Shown here: positions 38,442 through 47,039 of the stretch, piece by piece
How the letters are laid out: each line of letters begins with the position of its first letter
Position numbering within the stretch: position 1 is the stretch's first letter
Source of the DNA: Phycisphaerae bacterium
GTDB lineage: Bacteria > Planctomycetota > Phycisphaerae > UBA1845
Direction: 5' to 3'
NCBI GenBank assembly: GCA_963666835.2
Contig: CAXXGO010000003.1
Location: forward strand, 96,001 to 160,000
Length of the DNA stretch: 64,000 nucleotides
Notes under the pieces: model-generated
The model's input: the letters and a program-made list of their open reading frames with translations, nothing else
Told to the model about the DNA's origin: nothing
Database searches by the model: none
Translations under genes and position numbers: made by a program

Positions 38442-38761
38442 GTAGGGCAGGTCGAGGTACGAGACCTGCCGCGGTTTTCGCGCGTCGTGGGCTATTGCGG
38501 CACGTCTCGTACCTCGACCTGGTCTACAGGGGTGCCGTTGGGGTGGCATGGGTCAACTTGTTGACCCGTGGGGTGTAATGCGGTGGGGCATAAGTGTGGG
38601 GCGGGTCGCTTACGCTCGCCGTACTGATTGCGACGCCGGCACGTAACGCAGGCATCCTGCCTGCAGCATCTCGCGTAACGCACCGAACGACATCGTTTGC
38701 CCAACATGGCTTCGGACAACGCGCGCCGTTGCGGCAGGTCTCGTGCCTCGACCTGCCCTAC
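38442..38761. repeat. cluster of GTAG-type REP elements
   Basis: 31-bp GTAGGGCAGGTCGAGGTACGAGACCTGCCGC at 38442-38472 and inverted copies at 38497-38527 and 38731-38761; second palindrome GCAGGCATCCTGCCTGC at 38648-38664. Confidence 0.85.
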
Positions 38762-38798
38762 GGATAGCGCGGCTTCGTAGTCGTTACGTATGGTAGTG

Positions 38799-39599
38799 CT
38801 ATTCCGGCGGCAGCATCCTATCCAGAACGCCACGCGCGTGGTCGAGGTCGGCGGCGGGGGTCTCCGTGTCGGTGCGGCGAATGATGTACGCTCCGCCGTA
38901 CGCGGCCGCGTCGAGCGTTACTACCATGCCTTCCAGGTCCACGTCGCCTTCTCCTAAGCGGGTCTCGCGGCCGGCGCGGTCTGCTGACCCGGACGTGGCA
39001 TCGCGCATATGCACCAACGGGATCCGGCCGGCGAAGCGTTCGACGATCTGAAACGGATTGGCCCCGGCCATGATCTGGGCGGCCGGGTCGAGGTTGACGC
39101 CGATCGAGGGGCAGCTCACCTCGTCCAGCAGGCGGACCAAACGGTCGGCGCTGTCACGGGAGGGGCGGACAGCGAAGATGGTTCCGCGTGAGTCCGCGAA
39201 TTCGCCGATCCGGCGCAGGGCTTCAACTGCCATTGGGGACGGCTCGCCGGTTTCCGGATGGGTGGTCGCCCCGATCGCGGCCGTGACGACCGGTACGCCC
39301 ATGTCCGCGGCCATCTCGAGTATCAGGCAGGTGAGAGCCACGCGCTCTTCCGCGGTTTTGGGGTCGGTTAGGCGCATCTGCGGCACGTCGGCGCGGAGGG
39401 CGGCCACGCTCAACCCCAAGCCGTCCACATAGCGGGACAGATGCCGGCGTCCGCTGGGAGAAAGCTGGGTCGGAGCCAGTTCTCCGGTGACCGTAGCGAA
39501 CTCCACGGCGCGGAACTGCAATTCGGCAGCGCGCCGCAGAGCTTCCTTGGTTGACATGCGGAAGTCGTCCACATCCACGCCGATGGCCGGTCTGCTCAT
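38799..39599 (-). CDS. sugar phosphate isomerase/epimerase (xylose-isomerase-like TIM barrel)
   Basis: GVNLDPA, VHMRDA, LGEGDVD motifs. Confidence 0.85.
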   Translation of the reverse strand: MSRPAIGVDVDDFRMSTKEALRRAAELQFRAVEFATVTGELAPTQLSPSGRRHLSRYVDGLGLSVAALRADVPQMRLTDPKTAEERVALTCLILEMAADMGVPVVTAAIGATTHPETGEPSPMAVEALRRIGEFADSRGTIFAVRPSRDSADRLVRLLDEVSCPSIGVNLDPAAQIMAGANPFQIVERFAGRIPLVHMRDATSGSADRAGRETRLGEGDVDLEGMVVTLDAAAYGGAYIIRRTDTETPAADLDHARGVLDRMLPPE

Positions 39600-39691
39600 A
39601 CGATTCTCGCTAACGGGGAATACCCCATCGAACTCGCTTCACGATATCTGCTGTTGTATCGATCCACAGGCCGTTGCCAAGCACCTGTCTT

Positions 39692-39881
39692 GGGTGCCAT
39701 GCCCACGCTTGCGTGGGCATGCTGGGATCGCGGAAGGCAAAAGAGTTTACAGGTAGACATGGCCACGCCGAGCCCGGCTCTACGGACCGGTGTTCCACAA
39801 ACCGCGTGGCCATGGCACCCCTGCCACGCCGAGCCCGGCTCGCGGGACCGGTGGTTCACCAATCGCGTGGCCATGGCACCC
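39692..39881. repeat. GGGTGCCATG-type REP element plus two 61-bp-period tandem copies in inverted orientation
   Basis: GGGTGCCATGCCCACGCTTGCGTGGGCATG (39692-39721); units 39762-39820 and 39823-39881 both end CGCGTGGCCATGGCACCC. Confidence 0.85.
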
Positions 39882-39906
39882 GTCATCCGTCACCCTTGTA
39901 CCGCGC

Positions 39907-41658
39907 CTACGACGTCTTGCGGGCGCATTCCGTTTCCATGGCGTGCTTAATCAGCGCCTGCACGGTCGAAGTCACCTGATCCGGCGCGACCTTCTGCGTA
40001 TCGCCGGTGCGGCGGGTCTGGATCTCGACGACCCCGTCGGCCAGAGCCCGTTTCCCGACCGTCAGACGGATCGGAATGCCGATCAGTTCCGCGTCCTTGA
40101 ACTTGAACCCCGGGCGGGCGTCGCGATCGTCATAGAGGACCTCGACCCCGGCCTCCTCCAGCTCAGCGTGGAGCTTCTCCGCCAGCGCCGTGACCTGTTC
40201 CTCGCGAATATCCAGAGCACACAGCACGACCTGGAACGGGGCGATGGCCATCGGCCAGGTGATGCCCTTGTCATCGTGGCACGCCTCAACCGCGGCGGCC
40301 ATGATCCGGTTAACGCCGATGCCGTAACAGCCCATGATGAGTGGGTGACTTTTGCCGTTGTCGTCGAGGTAGTCAGCGTGCAATGCGGCGGAGTACTTCG
40401 TACCGAGTTTGAAGACGTGCCCGACCTCAATGCACTTCTTGAATACCAAGGGCGAGCCGTTTGGAGCGCAGTCGCCCTGCACGGCCGAGCGAATATCCGC
40501 GGATTCTTTGATCTCGAAATCACGCCCGGGATTGACGCCGGTGATGTGATAATCGGTCTTATTGGCGCCGGTGACGGCATCACGCATCATCGTCACGGCT
40601 TGATCGGCGATCACGCGAGCTTCCAAGCCCACCGGTCCGGCGAAGCCGACGCCTGCGCCGGTAACTTCGCGGATCAGCTCCGGGTCGGCCTGCGTAACAG
40701 CCCCAACCTTGGCGGCCCGGGCGAGTTTGCTCTCGTTGACTTCGTGATCACCGCGGACCAGCGCTACCAGGGGCTTGCCCTCGGCTTCGAAGATGATCGT
40801 CTTGATCATGTTCTGCGGCTTGCACTTCAGGAATCCGGAGACCTCCTCGATCGTCGCGAAGTTCGGCGTATGGACTTCCGTAAGGGGTGCGTCTCCTCCG
40901 GGTTGAGTCTCAGTCAGGGGGGCAACCTCGGCTCTCTCCAGGTTCGCGGCGTAGGACCCGTCCTCTGCCTGAACCAGATAGTCCTCCCCCGCGTCGGTGG
41001 GGACCATGAACTCGTGCGACGCATCGCCGCCGATGGGGCCTGACTCCGCCTGCACCGCGCAGTACGGTGAGCCACACCGGCTGAAGATCGCGCAGTACGC
41101 GGCGTACATGCGTTCGTAGGTCTCGTCGAGCCCGCCGGCACCTTCCTTGGCCGCGTGGAAGGAGTAGGCATCCTTCATAAGGAACTCGCGGGTCCGCAGG
41201 ATTCCGCTCTTGGGCCTGGCTTCGCCGCGGAACTTGGTCTGAATCTGGTATAGCGTTACCGGAAGCTGTTTGTAGCTTTTCAGGTAGGCCCGGGCGATCT
41301 CGGTGATGATCTCCTCATGGGTCGGGCCCAGCACCGTTCGAGATCGCCAGTCATCGGTTCCCCCGCCGCCGAGACGCAGTAGAACATCGCCCATCGCTTC
41401 GACGCGCCCGGTCTGCTCCCACAGTTCGATTGGGTGCATGGCGGGCATGTGCAATTCGATAGCCCCGGCCGCGTTCATCTCCTCGCGGACGATCGCCTCG
41501 ACCTTCCGGAGCGAGCGGTAGCCCAGCGGGAGGTACGAGTACGCTCCGGCCACGACCTGGCGGATGAGGCCGGCGCGGATCATGAGCTTGTGAGACGGCA
41601 CGACAGCGTCGGCCGGGGATTCTTTCGATGTCGGAATGAAGAATTCTGTCCATTTCAT
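39907..41658 (-). CDS. proS: proline--tRNA ligase (bacterial type with editing insertion)
   Basis: SHKLMIRAG, LGPTHEE, YQIQTKFR, REFLMKDAYSF, IEVGHVFKLG, MGCYGIG. Confidence 0.97.
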   Translation of the reverse strand: MKWTEFFIPTSKESPADAVVPSHKLMIRAGLIRQVVAGAYSYLPLGYRSLRKVEAIVREEMNAAGAIELHMPAMHPIELWEQTGRVEAMGDVLLRLGGGGTDDWRSRTVLGPTHEEIITEIARAYLKSYKQLPVTLYQIQTKFRGEARPKSGILRTREFLMKDAYSFHAAKEGAGGLDETYERMYAAYCAIFSRCGSPYCAVQAESGPIGGDASHEFMVPTDAGEDYLVQAEDGSYAANLERAEVAPLTETQPGGDAPLTEVHTPNFATIEEVSGFLKCKPQNMIKTIIFEAEGKPLVALVRGDHEVNESKLARAAKVGAVTQADPELIREVTGAGVGFAGPVGLEARVIADQAVTMMRDAVTGANKTDYHITGVNPGRDFEIKESADIRSAVQGDCAPNGSPLVFKKCIEVGHVFKLGTKYSAALHADYLDDNGKSHPLIMGCYGIGVNRIMAAAVEACHDDKGITWPMAIAPFQVVLCALDIREEQVTALAEKLHAELEEAGVEVLYDDRDARPGFKFKDAELIGIPIRLTVGKRALADGVVEIQTRRTGDTQKVAPDQVTSTVQALIKHAMETECARKTS

Positions 41659-41831
41659 AGTGAGAGAATGAATACCGGCGAGCCGAGCAGAAAGCAAGCC
41701 GCACCGTCTGTTGGAGCGCGATAAGGGCTTATATACGAAGAGCGGCTGCCCTCCCTGGCCAGCCGCTCGCCCATTCGCTCTTCGCGTTGATTAAGGTCGG
41801 ACTTGTGTTCCTGACAGCGCCGGGAACGCTA

Positions 41832-43286
41832 TTACATGATCTGAGCAGCGGCCTCGGAGCAGCTTCCCGCCCGAGACACGCCGAATTGCTCCTCGAGTTC
41901 TTCGACGAGAACGGCGAGGTTTTGCTCTTTCTGCCCCGCGGGCGTAATCCAGCGGGCGGACTCGTTAGCCTGGAGCATCTTCGAGATCCGCCGACACGCC
42001 AGGATCACCGTAGAGTGGTTCTTGTTGCCCATGAACCGGCCGATCTCCGGGAAACTCATGTCCGTATGCTTCCTCGCGAGATACATCGCGATTCCTCGTG
42101 CCAGGGCGATCGTCCGTGATTTCCGCGACGTATGGAGATCGGCCGGTGTCAGGCCGAAGAAGATCGCCACGATACTCTCAATGTCGGAGAGCATTACTAC
42201 CGGGGCGGTCTGTCGAATCAGATCGCGAATCGCCCGCTCCGCCAGCGCGAGTGTTATTGGTTGGCGGACGAGCTGGGCTTGAGCGACGACCTTGAGCAGG
42301 GCGCCTTCAAGCTCGCGGATATTAGCGCGGAAGTTCTCCGCGATATACATAATGACCGGTTCGCCGATTTCGACCTTCAGGCGGGCGGCGCGGCGGCGGA
42401 GAACTTCCGCACGTACGGTGACGTCCGGTGAATCGATCCGGACGACCATGCCCGACAGGAACCGGCTGACGAGGGACTCCGAGAAATGGCCGATCATCTT
42501 TGGATGGGCATCGGACGCCAGGACGATTTGCTTGCCCGCGGCGTCGATCGCCTTGAAGGTGTGCAGGAACTCCGCCTGGGTAGCCCGCTTGTTGGCGAAG
42601 TAATGCACGTCGTCAATCACCAGCACATCCAGGCTCCGATAGCGGCTGCGGAAGGCGTCTTCTTCGTGAGCCTTGATCGAGTACACATAGTCGTTGGTGA
42701 ATTCCTCGCCCGACACATAACGCCAACGAAGATCCGGGTGGTGCTCGGTAAGGCCGTTGCAGACAGCCTGCAACAGATGCGTTTTGCCCAGTCCACACCC
42801 GCCGTGGATGAAAAGGGGGTTATACTCCGATGCCGGGTTTTCCAGCACACTAACCGCAGCAGCGTGCGCCAGCCGGTTGGACGGTCCCGCGACGAAGTCT
42901 TCCAGCTTGCCCTTGAGGATCGGCGCTGCCGGCCGAGCCCCGCCCCGGCGGTGTTCCCGAGCCAACCTCTCGGGGTTGTTCGCGGCAAAATCGACCTGCC
43001 GGTCGGGCTGCTTCTTTCCCAGGTTTCGGGCGAGACCCGGGTCGATGGCGAAGCTGAGCGTAAAATCGTCCCCGGTTACCTCCCGGGCGGCTTCGCTGAT
43101 CGTGTCGGCAAAATGGCGTTCGATCCACTCGCCCACGAAATGATTGGGAGCGCTGACGCGCAGGTAGTCCTCGGTGAACGTAAAGCACGTAGCATTTCGG
43201 AACCATACGTTGAACCGCTGCGGACCAAGCTTGTCCGCAATGCGCGATTCCAGTGAAGATACGGCATCTTCAGCGCATGTAATCAC
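41832..43286 (-). CDS. dnaA: chromosomal replication initiator DnaA
   Basis: YNPLFIHGGCGLGKTHL, LVIDDVH, NIRELEGAL, domain IV SFPEIGRFMGNKNHSTV. Confidence 0.96.
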   Translation of the reverse strand: MITCAEDAVSSLESRIADKLGPQRFNVWFRNATCFTFTEDYLRVSAPNHFVGEWIERHFADTISEAAREVTGDDFTLSFAIDPGLARNLGKKQPDRQVDFAANNPERLAREHRRGGARPAAPILKGKLEDFVAGPSNRLAHAAAVSVLENPASEYNPLFIHGGCGLGKTHLLQAVCNGLTEHHPDLRWRYVSGEEFTNDYVYSIKAHEEDAFRSRYRSLDVLVIDDVHYFANKRATQAEFLHTFKAIDAAGKQIVLASDAHPKMIGHFSESLVSRFLSGMVVRIDSPDVTVRAEVLRRRAARLKVEIGEPVIMYIAENFRANIRELEGALLKVVAQAQLVRQPITLALAERAIRDLIRQTAPVVMLSDIESIVAIFFGLTPADLHTSRKSRTIALARGIAMYLARKHTDMSFPEIGRFMGNKNHSTVILACRRISKMLQANESARWITPAGQKEQNLAVLVEELEEQFGVSRAGSCSEAAAQIM

Positions 43287-43447
43287 CGTGAGCTCCTTGA
43301 AAACGGAAGGAACCAGAAAAACCCGGAAGCCAGTAAGGATGTTACTCGGACAAAAAAACTTTTCGGTAAGAATCCTGCGTTGGCGATAACCGTCAGGCGT
43401 TTAGCGACCACGCCTCACGGCCGTGCCCCGCCGTTGCTATGACATGA

Positions 43448-43476
43448 AAGATATCATTCGCTTATCGGTCCGTCAA
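43448..43476 (-). promoter_or_regulatory. putative dnaA promoter
   Basis: TTGACG-17 nt-TATCTT with TGn extended -10 on the minus strand. Confidence 0.55.
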
Positions 43477-43586
43477 CAGGAAAGACCGGTACACAAGCTC
43501 CCAAATGTCCGTGCTTCTCTGTTAACAAGAACTTAACGCGCGAAGTTTTTTTTTCCCCACCGGCAGTGCCCGGATGTTAACGGATA

Positions 43587-43595
43587 TGTGGATAA
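43587..43595 (-). promoter_or_regulatory. DnaA box
   Basis: TGTGGATAA, the reverse complement of consensus TTATCCACA, upstream of dnaA. Confidence 0.75.
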
Positions 43596-43626
43596 GTGCA
43601 GACTTGCCTGTGAGGAACGTCCAAGG

Positions 43627-44571
43627 TCATGTCCCGGGGGAACTTGCGATCCAGGCCGCCCGCACTCCAACCTGCCGAAAGGACCAGCGCCGGTACATCC
43701 GCCGGGCGGGAGCGTTACGAACGTCCACCGCTAGTGTCAGATACCTGGCATTTTCGCGCTCGGTCAAAGTGACGGCCCGCGCCAGCAAGGCGTCCGCAAC
43801 TCCCGTCCCTCGCGCAGGTTGCGATACGCCGATGTACACGACCTCCAACGCCGGTTGGCTGGTAACTCGATTGAGTAGCAGGACCCCCACGGGTATACCC
43901 TGCCTTGTGGCTACCCACCAGAGGGACGGGTCGAAGATGCCGGTGGCTTTGTGCCCGGCCAGAATCTCGCCGGTTGAACGTATTCCCGTAAGTTCCGGAC
44001 AATCAAGACTTTGTATGTACGTGGCCTCCAACGCACGGCGGAAAACTTGCGCCTGCACATCGGAGTACCCGACCCAGCACAGGTCGGGATCGCCGGGCGC
44101 GGACCACTCGCGGCCGGGGCATTGACGCTGCAAGTAGAGCAATTCCGTAACGTATGTGAACCCGGCATCGCGAACGAGTGACGCACTGTTCGAGGCGGCC
44201 GGATCGACCAGGACCTCCAGCAGTTTGATCGATCGGGTCCATGCGGCTTGCTGGAGTGCCCAAAGGGCGGTCAGCGTTGCATCGCGGCCTGGACCGTCGG
44301 GTTGGTCGGGGTTGACGTATACCAGGGCCGCCGCTCCGGGAGGCTCCAAGGCCACGCATGCGCCTACGAGACGATTGCCGAGGAAGGCTCCGAAGACCAG
44401 TTCCAGCGATAGCGTCTGCCGATGCGCGGCCGCGCGTAGGCTCGCGACCTGCCGTGCGGAGCTTCCATCAGCCGATGGGCTGACCCCCAGGGCCACATGG
44501 AGCGCGGCTTCGTAATCCGGGCTATCCGAGGGTATCTGCCGTGCTGAGAAACGGTGCCCCTTGCCTTCCAT
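43627..44571 (-). CDS. GNAT-family N-acetyltransferase (tandem GNAT)
   Basis: YIGVSQPARGTGVA acetyl-CoA motif; LAVDVRNAPARRMY. Confidence 0.87.
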   Translation of the reverse strand: MEGKGHRFSARQIPSDSPDYEAALHVALGVSPSADGSSARQVASLRAAAHRQTLSLELVFGAFLGNRLVGACVALEPPGAAALVYVNPDQPDGPGRDATLTALWALQQAAWTRSIKLLEVLVDPAASNSASLVRDAGFTYVTELLYLQRQCPGREWSAPGDPDLCWVGYSDVQAQVFRRALEATYIQSLDCPELTGIRSTGEILAGHKATGIFDPSLWWVATRQGIPVGVLLLNRVTSQPALEVVYIGVSQPARGTGVADALLARAVTLTERENARYLTLAVDVRNAPARRMYRRWSFRQVGVRAAWIASSPGT

Positions 44572-45063
44572 CTACGCGCTCCTGCCGCCCGCATTCCGGC
44601 TTCGAAGTCGCGTCCATTGACCGGGCCGGACTAACAGTCAGTCTAGGGCGAACACTGCGGGGGCTCAAACCCGATCATAGGTGTGCCCACGAAGAGCACA
44701 GGCGCTTGTCCATCTGGTCTCGCCGGTGGCAGGGGAGCGAGAGTTGATTGACGTCCCCACTCTATCCCCTATGTTGCCCAGATTGACCCCTGCTCGCGAT
44801 GGTGTGAGTCTCGTGATTCCGTTTCCCGTCATGGCGCGGCCGGCCGCTCGGACCGCTTGGGATGTGGGCGAGGCGGAAGATGGTACGCACAGAGTCGAAC
44901 GCTTCCTGGGGTGTGATGCTCAACGCTGGTACACTCTGGGGTCTGCTGCGGTCTACTCGGTGGCGACGCAAGCCGCCCGTACGCGCGGGGGGATCGCCGT
45001 TGAATCCGGACCGGACAGTGCCGGGCCTTTCGTGTTCTGCCCCGGTTCTGCAAGGAAGACCCA

Positions 45064-45690
45064 ATGTTGATGCGATCGATCAGTGTTCTCGGGTCGCTTT
45101 GGGGGCCAATGGCATACGGAGCCCTGGCGATGATCGCCGCATCGGTTGTCGGCTGGCTTGTGGCCGCCTATCGGCCGTTTCCGCCGGTCCGGTTGGTTTC
45201 TTGGTGGATTCGGCGGGTTATCTGGCCGTTGCTCACGCCCGCATCGTGGCTTCAGCGGACGGCGGTCATACTTGCCAACAACTCCACCTTGCTGGCGCTG
45301 TTGGTGTTTCTGGGGAGATGGCGATTCGCGGGTCCGATCGGAGTGGTTGTGTTGGGGCTCAGCCTCGGAATGGCGTTGCGCGCCTTGGCTGCGGAGACCA
45401 ACGGTCCGGAGTTTACAGAATCCGTGCTCGATCTGAAGGCCCGGCGGAGAATGTGGATCGGGGTGACGCTGAACCTCCTGGAGGTCCCGGCGATTGTGGT
45501 GGCGATCGGGCTCAGTATCGGTCTGCGGACGGTTCCTCTGGACTCAGGGGCGGTCTGGGATGCGTTTGGAGTGCTGGTATTGCCTGCTCTGGTGCTTGCA
45601 GCAGCAGGTGAGGCGCTTTGGCTGGGCGTTGATCCTGGAACCGGCGGGGCTCAGAGCCCGGACGAACCTCAACGGGATCCGCCGGAATAG
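45064..45690 (+). CDS. hypothetical membrane protein (SpoIIM-like)
   Basis: Several TM segments; ILANN and LLEVPA...AAAGEA pattern reminiscent of SpoIIM-family proteins. Confidence 0.6.
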   Translation: MLMRSISVLGSLWGPMAYGALAMIAASVVGWLVAAYRPFPPVRLVSWWIRRVIWPLLTPASWLQRTAVILANNSTLLALLVFLGRWRFAGPIGVVVLGLSLGMALRALAAETNGPEFTESVLDLKARRRMWIGVTLNLLEVPAIVVAIGLSIGLRTVPLDSGAVWDAFGVLVLPALVLAAAGEALWLGVDPGTGGAQSPDEPQRDPPE

Positions 45691-45757
45691 GTGAAGGGCC
45701 CGTCGCGCCGCGTGCGTCAGCCCGTACCGGGTGCGCCTATTGCGGAACCGCGGGTTA

Positions 45758-46186
45758 CTAAGCAGACGCCGGATAACGTCCGGCGCGTGCGCCGGGTATC
45801 TCTCGCGCGAGCGAGTCCAGCAGCCGCAAAAGGACCTTCATGTCGCATGGCTTGGCAATGAAGTAATCACCACCGGCAAAGTCGACCATCTGACCGAAGT
45901 AGGCTCGGGTCATGTTGTCTTTAATCTCCGCCATTATGATGATTGCGACATCGTAATCGCGGGTCTCGTGGCGTACCGATTCGACGACCTCGTACCCGTC
46001 CAAATCCGCGAAGCCGATGTCTATCAGGAGAATGTCCGGTGTCTCGATGTCGCACAAGAGGATTACGTCTTCTCCGGAACTGGCCGCGTGTACGGTATAT
46101 CCGGCGTCCTCAAGCTGCCTCCGCATGGCGGTAAGACTGTCCAGATGGCTGTCGGCCAAGCCGATCAGCGGTGACCTGCGGTACAT
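45758..46186 (-). CDS. single-domain response regulator
   Basis: PDILLIDI, DGYEV, DYFIAKP; AAGGAG RBS. Confidence 0.85.
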   Translation of the reverse strand: MYRRSPLIGLADSHLDSLTAMRRQLEDAGYTVHAASSGEDVILLCDIETPDILLIDIGFADLDGYEVVESVRHETRDYDVAIIIMAEIKDNMTRAYFGQMVDFAGGDYFIAKPCDMKVLLRLLDSLAREIPGARAGRYPASA

Positions 46187-46391
46187 GACTTCTCCTTCCC
46201 CCGGTCGTCCGTTCCGTTCTTCCGCGCCGGTGTTCTCAGCTTCCCCCGGCCGCGGCAGTCTTCTCTTACGACGTGTGGATGCGACGCCGCGGCACGAGAA
46301 AGTGTAGGATATAAACACCGGGCGCGGCAAAACCGTGACGGGAAGGGCGGAGCAGAAGCGTTTGGCCAATAATCGGGCGGATCCCGGCCGG

Positions 46392-46865
46392 TCAATACGG
46401 ATTAGGGTTGGGACCTTGTTGCCATTGTTCAAACAAACCTCGACACTCGTCGCGCAGAACGCCGGAGTGGATTGTCACGGGACCACCGCTTTCGCAGACG
46501 GTTCGGCAGGAGATGGGTAGCTCGTTGAACCCTGCGCTGCGGGCATCTTCAATATCGGCCCCAAAGGCAATATCGGTAATCCCGGCCCAGTGAATGGCGG
46601 CAGCGCACATCGGACAGGGTTCGCACGTTGCGGCCATGACGCATCCGTCGAGTTTGATGGTCCCGAGTCGACGGCAAGCTTCGCGGATTGCGTTAATCTC
46701 CGCGTGGGCGGTGGAATCGCAGGAACTTCTCACGGTGTTGTGAGCCGCGGCAATCAGGTTCCCGCCGGCATCGGAGATGGCGGCTCCGAAAGGGCTCTCG
46801 CCCGCGCGGATACCCCGATGGGCAACGGCAATGGCTTCGTGCATCGTACGGGTGCAGTCGGACAT
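46392..46865 (-). CDS. nucleoside/guanine deaminase (CDA/TadA fold)
   Basis: PFGA, HAEINAIR, CEPCPMC. Confidence 0.92.
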   Translation of the reverse strand: MSDCTRTMHEAIAVAHRGIRAGESPFGAAISDAGGNLIAAAHNTVRSSCDSTAHAEINAIREACRRLGTIKLDGCVMAATCEPCPMCAAAIHWAGITDIAFGADIEDARSAGFNELPISCRTVCESGGPVTIHSGVLRDECRGLFEQWQQGPNPNPY

Positions 46866-47039
46866 ACACTTCCTATCGGGTGACGGCCTTGCCTCAGTAT
46901 ACGAGTATCTTAAGATCGGTCGTCGGTTCGTAGCCGACTCCCCGCGTCGGCCTTTGGTTCCGGGCGTTCCGGACCGGGCCGGCAGCGTGAGAAACTGCTT
47001 TTGTCCCCACCGAAACCTGCAATAACCGAGTCGGCTTCG

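Noticed and set aside
44681..45070. 129-aa ORF upstream of the SpoIIM-like gene
   Set aside because: No convincing RBS or motif; composition looks non-coding.
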